Assembly: GCA_041166945.1 (NCBI GenBank)
Contig: JBEEGQ010000425.1
Span: 1 to 47,322, forward strand
Reading direction: 5' to 3'
Origin: Verrucomicrobiota bacterium
GTDB lineage: Bacteria; Verrucomicrobiota; Verrucomicrobiia; Limisphaerales; JADJPG01
DNA length: 47,322 nucleotides
Part shown: positions 18,521 to 26,189 of the stretch, piece by piece
Numbering within the stretch: position 1 is the first letter of the stretch
Layout of the letters: each line of letters starts with the position of its first letter
Made by a program: the position numbers and the translations under genes
Notes under the pieces: generated by a model
Seen by the model: only the letters and a program-made list of their open reading frames with translations
Told to the model about the DNA's origin: nothing
The model's database searches: none

Positions 18521-19777
18521 ATGGATCGTTCTCCATTGGCAGCGCGGCTTTGCAAGGCGCTGTTGCCCGAACCGCGCCGATGGGCAATCTGCGGCACGGC
18601 ACACTGGCAGTCTGCGCTACGCGGATGGCTGGTCCTGATGTTCGCGCTGGGGTTGCAAGCAGCGACGGCGGCCGAAAGGGCGCGCGATCTGAAGCCTCCT
18701 TCCCAGGCGCAGATCGAAAAATCCATCGAGCGCGGGGTCGGTTATCTGTTGAAAGCCCAGAACAAGGATGGCTCGTGGGGTTCCGCGACGCTCACCAAGG
18801 ATCTCAACATCTTCGCCTCCGTCCCCGGCTCCCACCAGGCGTTTCGCGCCGCGGTCACTTCGCTGGGCATCTCGGCCTTGATCGAAACGGGCGCTGCCGA
18901 CACCAACGCCATCACCGGCCTCGCTCTCCAGCGGGCGGAGACGTGGTTGCTGAAAAATCTTCCCCATGTCCGCCGCGCCGACGGCGTGGCGATTTATAAT
19001 GTGTGGGCGCATGGTTACGGCATTCACGCGCTCGTTCACATGTATCGTCGCGAGACAAAAAACAAAACGCGCCGCGATGAAATCCGGAAATTGATCCTGC
19101 TTCAGATGGATCTCCTGCGCCGCTACGAATCGGTGGACGGCGGCTGGGGTTATTACGATTTTCGTTTTCAAACCGCGCATCCCTCCTCGGATTCGATCAG
19201 CTTCGTCAACGCCACCGTGCTCCTTGCATTTCATGAGGCACAGGACGCGGGCATCGAACCGCCCACCAACATCGTCCGGCGCGCCATTGCCGCCACGCTT
19301 CGCCAGCGCAAAAATGATTTCACATACGAATACGGCGAGTATCTGAAATACCGGCCGATGATGCCCATCAACCGGCCCGGCGGCAGCCTCGGCCGCTCCC
19401 AGGCCTGCAACCTCGCTCTCCGCGCCTGGGGCGATACCAATGTCACCGACACCGTGATGACCAACTGGCTCCAAAAGCTCATCGACCGAAACGAATGGCT
19501 CTCCTTCGGCCGCAAACGCCCGGTCCCTCACGAGTCCTGGTTCCAGGTCGCCGGTTACTTTTTTTATTACGGCCACTATTACGCCGCGTTGTGCGTCGAG
19601 AAGGTCGGCCTTGAAAAAGCCGGGCGTTTCCAGGGCCATCTCGCAGCGATCATCACATCGCTCCAGGAAAAGGATGGGTCCTGGTTCGATTTTCCCTTCT
19701 ACAATTATCATCAGCCTTACGGCACATCATTCGCCCTCATGACGCTCGCCCGCTGTCGCAATCCGGTGAAGGATTAG
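18521..19777 (+). CDS. Prenyltransferase/squalene-oxidase repeat (alpha-alpha toroid) protein, secreted
   Basis: Repeats 'KAQNKDGSWGS', 'ESVDGGWGYYDF', 'LQEKDGSWFDFPF'. AGGA lies 7 nt upstream of ATG 18521. The gap to the preceding gene is only 9 nt. Confidence 0.7.
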   Translation: MDRSPLAARLCKALLPEPRRWAICGTAHWQSALRGWLVLMFALGLQAATAAERARDLKPPSQAQIEKSIERGVGYLLKAQNKDGSWGSATLTKDLNIFASVPGSHQAFRAAVTSLGISALIETGAADTNAITGLALQRAETWLLKNLPHVRRADGVAIYNVWAHGYGIHALVHMYRRETKNKTRRDEIRKLILLQMDLLRRYESVDGGWGYYDFRFQTAHPSSDSISFVNATVLLAFHEAQDAGIEPPTNIVRRAIAATLRQRKNDFTYEYGEYLKYRPMMPINRPGGSLGRSQACNLALRAWGDTNVTDTVMTNWLQKLIDRNEWLSFGRKRPVPHESWFQVAGYFFYYGHYYAALCVEKVGLEKAGRFQGHLAAIITSLQEKDGSWFDFPFYNYHQPYGTSFALMTLARCRNPVKD

Positions 19778-19783
19778 CTCCCG

Positions 19784-21076
19784 ATGAAGCTCCTCCTCGT
19801 CGGCTCGGGCGGCCGCGAACATGCCCTCGCTTGGAAGCTCACGCAGTCGCCCCACCTCACCCACCTCTGGTGCGCCCCAGGCAACGCCGGCATCGCCACC
19901 GAGCGCTGCTCAAAAAATGGCGCGCCGGTCGAATGCGTCCCGCTCGCCGCCGACGACCTCCCCGCGCTGCTCTCTTTTGCTCTCGAATATCGTCCGGACC
20001 TCACGGTCGTCGGCCCGGACAACCCGCTGGCGCTCGGCATCGTCGATCTTTTTCAGGCCAGCCATCTCCGCATCTGGGGTCCCAATCGGCAGGCGTCACA
20101 ATTCGAGGCGTCCAAGGCGTTCGCCCAGGATTTCATGGAGCGTCACGGGATTCCCACCGCGCGCTCCGGCACCTTCGAGCGCCCCGCGGACGCCCGCAAG
20201 TTTGCCGCATCGCTCTCGGGACGCTGCGCCGTCAAGGCGGATGGCCTCGCTCTGGGAAAAGGAGTGCTCCTCGCCGGCAACATCCGGGAAGCCGAACAGG
20301 CCATCGATCAGATCCTGGTCGACGCGGCATTCGGCTCCGCCGGCAAACGCATCGTCATCCAGGAATTTCTCGAAGGAATGGAAATTTCATTGCACGCGAT
20401 TTGTGACGGCAAAACCGCCCGTCTCTTTCCCGTGTCGCAGGATCACAAACGCGCGCTCGATGGCGATCGCGGATTGAACACCGGGGGCATGGGCGCGTAT
20501 TGCCCGGCGCCGTTTCTGACCGACGCCGAGCTCGCTGCGACGGGCCGCGCCATTTTGGATCCCTGGCTCGAGGGTTGCGCCGCCGAAGGAATTGATTTCC
20601 ACGGGATCCTTTATCCGGGCGTCATGCTGACGGCATCCGGTCCAAAAGTGCTCGAGTTCAATGCCCGCTTCGGGGATCCCGAAACCCAGGTCTACCTGGC
20701 CCGGCTCGAAAACGATCTCGTGGAACTCCTCGACGCATCCGTCAACGGCTCGCTCGCCAGCCTCGATCTCAAATGGAAATCCTCCGCAGCCGTCTGCGTT
20801 GTCATGGCCTCCGCCGGTTATCCCGGAAATTATCCGAAGGGAAAAATAATCAGCGGCCTCGATGATGCCGCCCTCCTCCCGAATACAAAAATTTTCCACG
20901 CAGGCACGTCACGCGTCGATGGCCGCACTGTGACCAGTGGCGGACGCGTCCTCGGCGTCACCGCATGGGCTCCCACCCTCGCCGCAGCGCGCGCCGCGGC
21001 GGCAACAGCGGTCGATAAGATAAAGTTCGACGGCGCCCATTGGCGAACGGATATTGCCGCGAAGGCCCTGCGCTGA
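19784..21076 (+). CDS. purD: Phosphoribosylamine--glycine ligase
   Basis: 'MKLLLVGSGGREHALAWKL', ATP-grasp 'VLEFNARFGDPETQVYL', 'SGGRVLGVTA'. The 430-aa length is typical. Confidence 0.95.
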   Translation: MKLLLVGSGGREHALAWKLTQSPHLTHLWCAPGNAGIATERCSKNGAPVECVPLAADDLPALLSFALEYRPDLTVVGPDNPLALGIVDLFQASHLRIWGPNRQASQFEASKAFAQDFMERHGIPTARSGTFERPADARKFAASLSGRCAVKADGLALGKGVLLAGNIREAEQAIDQILVDAAFGSAGKRIVIQEFLEGMEISLHAICDGKTARLFPVSQDHKRALDGDRGLNTGGMGAYCPAPFLTDAELAATGRAILDPWLEGCAAEGIDFHGILYPGVMLTASGPKVLEFNARFGDPETQVYLARLENDLVELLDASVNGSLASLDLKWKSSAAVCVVMASAGYPGNYPKGKIISGLDDAALLPNTKIFHAGTSRVDGRTVTSGGRVLGVTAWAPTLAAARAAAATAVDKIKFDGAHWRTDIAAKALR

Positions 21077-21118
21077 CGTCTCGATCCCATTTTCGGCACG
21101 AGGGACTTTGATGATTTT

Positions 21119-22165
21119 ATGAAACGATTGTATGCGACGATTTTTTTGATCGGAACGATCCTGGCCGGCCGCGCGGCCGAACCGGTGAACTTTCAGGAGC
21201 TGTTCGATTTGCTGAAGGGAAACCTCGTCGGCGTTTCCGAAGCCGAATTGAATAGCGCCGCCGTCGCAGGGATCGTCAAGCAGCTGGGCCCCAAAGTTTC
21301 CTTGATCGGCGATGAACCGGCGCCGGGGGCCACGAATGGTCCGCCCATGTTGACCTCGGCGGTTTTTGATCGGTTTTACGGATACGTGCGCATCAGCCGG
21401 GTCGGCGCGGGTCTGGACCGCGAGTTTACCAACGCCGTGCAGCGGCTCCTCGCGACAAACAAAATCAAGGGGCTCGTCCTCGACCTCCGCTTTGCCGGAG
21501 GACAGGATTATGCCGCGGCGGTGGCAGTGGCCGACCATTTCTTTGCCAGCGAACAACCGTTGATCGATTGGGGGGAAGGCTGGAAAAAATCCGGCTCCAA
21601 AGCCGAGGCCATTGTGAAACCCGTGGCGTTGCTCGTGAACCGCCAGACAGCTGGCGCCGCGGAAGCCCTCGCGGGAATGCTGCGCCTCTCGGATGTGGGA
21701 TTGCTCATCGGCACCAACACGGCCGGGCAGGCGAGCAAATCGAAGGAATTCACTTTGAAGAGCGGGCAGCGGGTGCGCATTGCGCAGTCACCGGTCAAGG
21801 TGGCAAAGGACCGCGAACTTTCCGCCGGCGGCCTCAAGCCGGACATCGAGGTGGACGTGAGCGCCGAGGACGAACAGATCTGGTATGAGGACGCGTATAA
21901 AGTCCTCCCTAGGACGGGACGTTTCTCGGCCGGCGGAACGAACGAGGTGAGTCTGTTGATCACCAACCGCCCACCCCGGCGGCATCTGAACGAGGCGGAG
22001 CTGGTCCGGATGCGCAACGAAGGATTGAATCCCGACAGCGAACTATCCGCACCGGCCGGACGCAAAGGAGACATTGCGCCGCCGATTTTGAACGACCCCT
22101 CGCTGGCGCGGGCGATTGATTTATTGAAGGGGCTTGCGGTGGTGCAACAGTTCCGTTCGATTTGA
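21119..22165 (+). CDS. Peptidase S41 (C-terminal processing protease)-like protein, probably catalytically inactive
   Basis: Signal peptide 'MKRLYATIFLIGTILAGRAA'. S41-core-like 'LVLDLRFAGGQDY' and 'ALLVNRQTAGAAEALAGMLRLSDVGLLIGTNTAGQA'. Aligned from memory to E. coli Prc '[33 protein letters not shown]', the nucleophile Ser aligns to Gly and the general-base Lys aligns to Gln. Confidence 0.65.
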   Translation: MKRLYATIFLIGTILAGRAAEPVNFQELFDLLKGNLVGVSEAELNSAAVAGIVKQLGPKVSLIGDEPAPGATNGPPMLTSAVFDRFYGYVRISRVGAGLDREFTNAVQRLLATNKIKGLVLDLRFAGGQDYAAAVAVADHFFASEQPLIDWGEGWKKSGSKAEAIVKPVALLVNRQTAGAAEALAGMLRLSDVGLLIGTNTAGQASKSKEFTLKSGQRVRIAQSPVKVAKDRELSAGGLKPDIEVDVSAEDEQIWYEDAYKVLPRTGRFSAGGTNEVSLLITNRPPRRHLNEAELVRMRNEGLNPDSELSAPAGRKGDIAPPILNDPSLARAIDLLKGLAVVQQFRSI

Positions 22166-22204
22166 GAGGTCGCGGGAGGCAATCTTAAAAAGATGGAAAA
22201 GGTC

Positions 22205-22233
22205 TTGCGCGGTGCCGGGGTGCTCTCTAGATT
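22205..22233 (+). promoter_or_regulatory. Candidate sigma70-like promoter for the tRNA gene
   Basis: TTGCGC (22205-22210), a 17-nt spacer, then TAGATT (22228-22233). This ends 14 nt upstream of tRNA nucleotide 1. It is a pattern match only. Confidence 0.3.
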
Positions 22234-22247
22234 GACGCCCCCTGAAT

Positions 22248-22324
<77 letters not shown>

Positions 22325-22328
22325 ATTT

Positions 22329-22361
22329 CGGCCCTGAAACGAAAGTTTCAGGGCCGTTTTT
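22329..22361 (+). terminator. Rho-independent terminator after the tRNA
   Basis: CGGCCCTGAAAC (22329-22340), GAAA loop, GTTTCAGGGCCG (22345-22356), followed by TTTTT (22357-22361). Confidence 0.75.
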
Positions 22362-22563
22362 GTTGGTGTTTTCGCACTTTCCCCCTTTTCGACCCATTTT
22401 GTGAAACAAGGCGAACTTCTTGAAATATCCCGACCAAAAACCAACCAAACCACCAACCACTGCCAACCACGCCGCGCAGGCTTCCAGCCTGAAGGGCCGC
22501 CTGAACTCAGAAGATTCAGGCATCACCCCGTAATTGTCCGACGGGTGGTGCCAGGCTGTGCGC

Positions 22564-22743
22564 ATGAATTATCGAAATGCGTCGGAGGAAACGATTGAAA
22601 CTATCGCGGGATTCGGGTCCGGGGCTTTGGTGAGGACAGCAGGCGGGCGCTATCGGTTCCAGGGCGGGAGCCGCGAGGATCTGATGAAGGCGAAGGAGTG
22701 GATCGCGTTGTTCGCGCCGGAAATGGTCTTGGAGGGCGAGTAG
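22564..22743 (+). CDS. Hypothetical small protein (59 aa from ATG 22564)
   Basis: ORF only ('MNYRNASEETIETIAGFGSGALVRTAGGRYRFQGGSREDLMKAKEWIALF..'). I recognise no motif. It is the first ORF of the island after the tRNA and is co-oriented with the downstream ORFs. Confidence 0.25.
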   Translation: MNYRNASEETIETIAGFGSGALVRTAGGRYRFQGGSREDLMKAKEWIALFAPEMVLEGE

Positions 22744-22846
22744 CAGACGAACGATCTAAGGAGGCGTTACTCCGTCCGGGGCGGCAACCGGGTAGCTGGT
22801 CAATACGCAGGATGCAGGTGGGCCCGGATTCTGGTATGCGCAGTGC

Positions 22847-23254
22847 ATGAAAAGACATCGCACATCTGATAGGTGGTCAGCGGAACCGATTGAGGAGGCG
22901 CGAAAAGCAACGGCGGAACGGGTAAAGCTGAACCACGAATTGCTGATTGCAATGGCCCACGCGTTGGACGGAATCGAGAAGACCCAGCGAAAATTCAGGA
23001 CTGTGGTGTTGCTCAGACTGTCCAGGATCGAAACCATGTTGCAGATGATCCACGGCGCTCAGATTGTCGAAGCGCATCTCTCGAAACCGGCCTGCGAGGA
23101 GAAGGCGAGCGAGCACGCTGAGGCTGCGGAAACCTACATATCAGAGCACAGCCGCGAACTCGGGCTGAAAATGGTCAGATTCATCTATGGGGAGTCCGAA
23201 GAGCCAATGGTGCGGCGCGACAGAAGGCGGAAATGGTCGGACTGGGAGATTTGA
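22847..23254 (+). CDS. Hypothetical all-helical protein (135 aa)
   Basis: ATG start. The composition is helix-rich, charged and non-repetitive ('..LNHELLIAMAHALDGIEKTQRKFRTVVLLRLSRIETMLQMIHGAQIVEAHL..'). No recognisable family. Confidence 0.4.
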   Translation: MKRHRTSDRWSAEPIEEARKATAERVKLNHELLIAMAHALDGIEKTQRKFRTVVLLRLSRIETMLQMIHGAQIVEAHLSKPACEEKASEHAEAAETYISEHSRELGLKMVRFIYGESEEPMVRRDRRRKWSDWEI

Positions 23255-23400
23255 GGCGGTGGCACGCCGGACGGAAGTTCGGGGCTGCAAAGGGTGAGGA
23301 GTTCTGAAAAGGTCTCGTTCCATCAAGTTGGTGAACGACAAAGTCTGGGAACACTAGCGGCGCGATAAGGCAGAACGCGATTCCTCTCTCCAAGGACCTG

Positions 23401-23937
23401 GTGTGCACGTTCAAACGGTATTTCCAAGTGGTGCGGAACTCGAACGACCAGCCGACGATTCAGAATCCGTTCTTCCACCTGAGCGGCGATGGGTTTTGGT
23501 CGCTCGTGCCCGCGCCAAGGCAGGCACCGAGGTATCGGCCGGGCGCAACATCCGGGGCGCCGAGCGTGGCGGAGTTGCACCGCACGGGTTTGACGATGAT
23601 GATGGCGCGCTTTCTGGTAAGCCCCTTTCAATGTACGCACGCCCACATCGAAAGCGGGCCTTCCACCGACCACGCCCACGAGTTCGAGCGTTTCTGGGAA
23701 ATCGACAATCTTCCTGGCCGGGAACTGCTGCAAGCTTGTGCAGAGATTTATGACCGTCTCGACGATTTGGTTCGAGACGCGCATCGGCGACTTGGGTGGA
23801 GCATGCTGTCTCACAGACCAGAAGGCTCGCAGAGAGCCCTGCCCTGTATGGTTGCCAAGCACCGGACAGTGCGGACCGTTGTGAAGGAAGGACGCGAAGT
23901 GTGGGAGAACGAACCGCTCGGATTACACGGTCACTGA
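23401..23937 (+). CDS. Hypothetical protein whose first ~40 aa resemble the N-terminal recognition-domain motif of HNH_2-type (ScoMcrA-like) restriction endonucleases. Probably a truncated or chimeric remnant
   Basis: 'FKRYFQVVRNSNDQPTIQNPFFHLSGDGFWSLVP' matches the '..RY...V......P..NPFFHL..DGFWHL' signature as I remember it. No HNH motif follows. The upstream sequence has stops in this frame, and the start is a GTG. Confidence 0.35.
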   Translation: MCTFKRYFQVVRNSNDQPTIQNPFFHLSGDGFWSLVPAPRQAPRYRPGATSGAPSVAELHRTGLTMMMARFLVSPFQCTHAHIESGPSTDHAHEFERFWEIDNLPGRELLQACAEIYDRLDDLVRDAHRRLGWSMLSHRPEGSQRALPCMVAKHRTVRTVVKEGREVWENEPLGLHGH

Positions 23938-24060
23938 GGAAGTGCCCGCTCAATTCCTCGAAGAAAATGGGATTTGAAGCAGCGTTTGGCGAAACCATCG
24001 CAAAACGCACTTTGGCTGGAACCGCCATTGTCCGACCCCATGTGAGAATCTCGTTCGCAA

Positions 24061-24972
24061 ATGAAGAAGGAATCTTACAAACTTCCGGGCATGAGGGGTC
24101 CAAAGCAGCAGTTCGGCGGCGACTGGACCGCACAGAAACTTGAGTGTGTCCGCAAGTATCTCGTCGCCTACGCAACGATAATGCAGAAGCAGAAATTCCG
24201 CTTCGCATACATCGATGCATTCGCCGGGACCGGTTACAACACGCCAAAGGCAAGGAAGGAGGAAGGTGCGCCACCGTTTCTCGAGCTCGCCGGCGAGGAC
24301 GCCACCAGCTTTCTCGACGGCTCTGCCCGCATTGCTCTCAAGGTGGAACCACGCTTCACCAAATACCTTTTCATTGAAAAGGATCCCAAGCGATTCGCTG
24401 AACTTGGCAAGCTGAAGGAGGAGTTTCCAGCGCTGGCGAGCGACATCGTGCTGATCAACGCGGATTCGAACGCTTACCTGCGGGATATCTGTGAAAACCG
24501 ACGATGAGAACAGAATCGGGCGGTGCTGTTCCTTGATCCCTACGGAATGCAGGTGACGTGGGACACGATGAAAGCCATCGCAAAGACAAAGGCGATCGAC
24601 CTATGGATACTATTCCCGCTCGGCATTGGGGTGAACCGTCTGCTGCGCCGGGACGCGAAAATCAGCGAAGGCTGGCAGCGACGGCTTGATGATTTTTTCG
24701 GCACTCCGCATTGGCGAGATGCCTTTTACCAAATGAAAACGGAGCAAGGCTTGTTCGGCGAAGAGGCGCAAACCGAAAAAACAGCTGACTTCCGCGCCAT
24801 CGGAAAGTTCTTCGTGGAGCATCTGGGCACAATCTTTCCTGGCGTCGCGAAGAATCCGCTCGCGCTCCACAATTCTGTGAACACACCGCTTTATCTGCTA
24901 TGTTTTGCCGCGGGCAACGAGCGCGGAGCAAAAACGGCTGTCAAAATTGCCCAGGACATTTTGAAACCATGA
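24061..24972 (+). pseudogene. tcmP: Three-Cys-motif partner protein TcmP homolog, interrupted by a single in-frame TGA (24505-24507)
   Basis: ORFs 24061-24507 and 24523-24972 are in the same frame (frame 1) and are separated only by 'CGA CGA TGA GAA CAG'. The read-through product would be '..DICENRR*EQNRAVLFLDPYGMQVTWDTMKAIAKTKAIDLWILFP..'. The N-terminal 'WTAQKLECVRKYLVAYATIM..FAYIDAFAGTGY' and 'LFLDPYG' fit my recollection of the TcmP family. Confidence 0.7.
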
Positions 24973-26111
24973 CCACGTTCCTCGACACGACGGCCGCAAC
25001 GCTGGAAGCCAGTACAGGGCGTCCAGAAACTGTTCCCTCGCCTCATCGAGGAGGAAGCTCTGGATTCAGCGGTGACAACCGCGTCGGCATGTGGTCGTCG
25101 CCTGCCGTCATCGCGCCGAACAACTTTGTTTACAAGAGCCTCTCGAATTGGGCGCTCAACATCGCGGTGGGCTGCTCACACGCGTGCCGGTTCTGCTACG
25201 TGCCCAGCGCGGCAACCATCAAGCAGGGACCGAAGCTCGCGGAATACGGGGTCAACGACCCGGACGCCGAATGGGGCGATTACGTGCTGCTCCGCCCGTG
25301 GGAAGAAAAAAAATTCCTTGCGTCGCTGCGCGCGGCGGAGTGCATGTCCCGCTCGCAGCTCAAACCTGACGGAAATCGCGCCGTGATGTATTGCAGCACC
25401 ACGGATCCATACCAGGTCATCCACCATCCGGACCCGGAGCGGCGGCGGATCCTTGGGCAGCACGCCCGCCTGCTTACGCGCCGTTCGCTGGAACTCATCC
25501 GCGACGAGTCCACTCTCAACGTTCGCATCCTGACACGCAGTCCCCTGGCCCGGGCGGATTTCGATTTGTTCAAGAGTTTCGGGCGTCGTCTGCTCTTTGG
25601 CATGAGCTTGCCGACTTTGCGCAACGATCTCGCCAAGGTTTACGAGCCAAAGGCCCCGGCGCCATCCCAGCGCCTCGCAGCGCTTCGATCTGCCCGCGAA
25701 GTGGGTTTGCATATCTATGTGGCCATCGCGCCCACTTACCCGGAAAGCGATGAGGCCGACTTGCGTGCCACCCTTCGCGCCGTGGCCGACGTCGAACCCG
25801 TCACGATCTTTCACGAACCGATCAATATTCGCGCTGAAAACGTGCAACGAATCCAATCTCACGCCGACGAACTGGGGATAGAATTAAAGACTGAGGTTTT
25901 CGCCTCGCGCGAGCAGTGGCAGGACTACGCAGTGAACGCATTGAAAACTGTGGAACGGCTGGCTGGCGAATTAGGCATTGCAGATCGCCTCCATCTCTGG
26001 CCCGACAAATCGCTTGGCAACGTGGGGGTTGCCAATCGAATGCCCAAGCCGAAGGAATATCTGCAGTGGCTGCAGAAGTGGTGGACCCGGATCAGCGAAT
26101 GGCCCGAATGA
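24969..26111 (+). CDS. Radical SAM-like protein with a CxxxCxxC three-Cys motif (SplB/COG1533-like), partner of TcmP
   Basis: ATG 24969 overlaps the tcmP stop (ATGA at 24969-24972). 'NIAVGCSHACRFCYVPS' is CX3CX2C. 'YCSTTDPYQ', 'ILTRSPLARADFDLFKSF..LFGMSLPT' and 'VAIAPTYPE' resemble the partial TIM barrel strands of COG1533 proteins. Confidence 0.8.
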   Translation: MTTFLDTTAATLEASTGRPETVPSPHRGGSSGFSGDNRVGMWSSPAVIAPNNFVYKSLSNWALNIAVGCSHACRFCYVPSAATIKQGPKLAEYGVNDPDAEWGDYVLLRPWEEKKFLASLRAAECMSRSQLKPDGNRAVMYCSTTDPYQVIHHPDPERRRILGQHARLLTRRSLELIRDESTLNVRILTRSPLARADFDLFKSFGRRLLFGMSLPTLRNDLAKVYEPKAPAPSQRLAALRSAREVGLHIYVAIAPTYPESDEADLRATLRAVADVEPVTIFHEPINIRAENVQRIQSHADELGIELKTEVFASREQWQDYAVNALKTVERLAGELGIADRLHLWPDKSLGNVGVANRMPKPKEYLQWLQKWWTRISEWPE

Positions 26112-26189
26112 CAAGTGTCGCGCCAGCGACTCGATGAATTCAAACGCGACACGAGAGCACGTGCAGCCGTCTTTTGCGGAGCTCCTTAT

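Noticed and set aside
22434-22472. This is a CA-rich low-complexity tract (CCAAAAACCAACCAAACCACCAACCACTGCCAACCAC) just downstream of the tRNA terminator. I considered it as an att-site scar or a functional repeat.
   Set aside because: It has no defined repeat unit and no matching copy elsewhere in the window. It is likely simple low-complexity intergenic sequence, and I cannot assign a function.
24505-24507. I considered genome-wide reassignment of TGA (to Trp or Gly) as the explanation for the in-frame stop in tcmP.
   Set aside because: Many confidently identified genes in the window (purD, paoC, the OMF, the MFP, and the first CDS at 2019-2021) terminate at TGA at the position expected from family length. 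TGA is therefore a functional stop in this genome.
24508-24531. I considered the hairpin after the tcmP UGA as a bona fide bacterial SECIS element.
   Set aside because: The stem is only 6 bp with a 12-nt loop. I cannot see the conserved apical-loop features. TcmP is not a known selenoprotein family, and no sel genes are in the window. It is kept only as a low-probability alternative within the finding.
26116-26153. I considered an inverted repeat, GTGTCGCG..(22 nt)..CGCGACAC, between the convergent radical-SAM gene and the delta-60 fragment as a bidirectional terminator.
   Set aside because: The loop is long and there is no flanking T/A tract. It is too weak to call.
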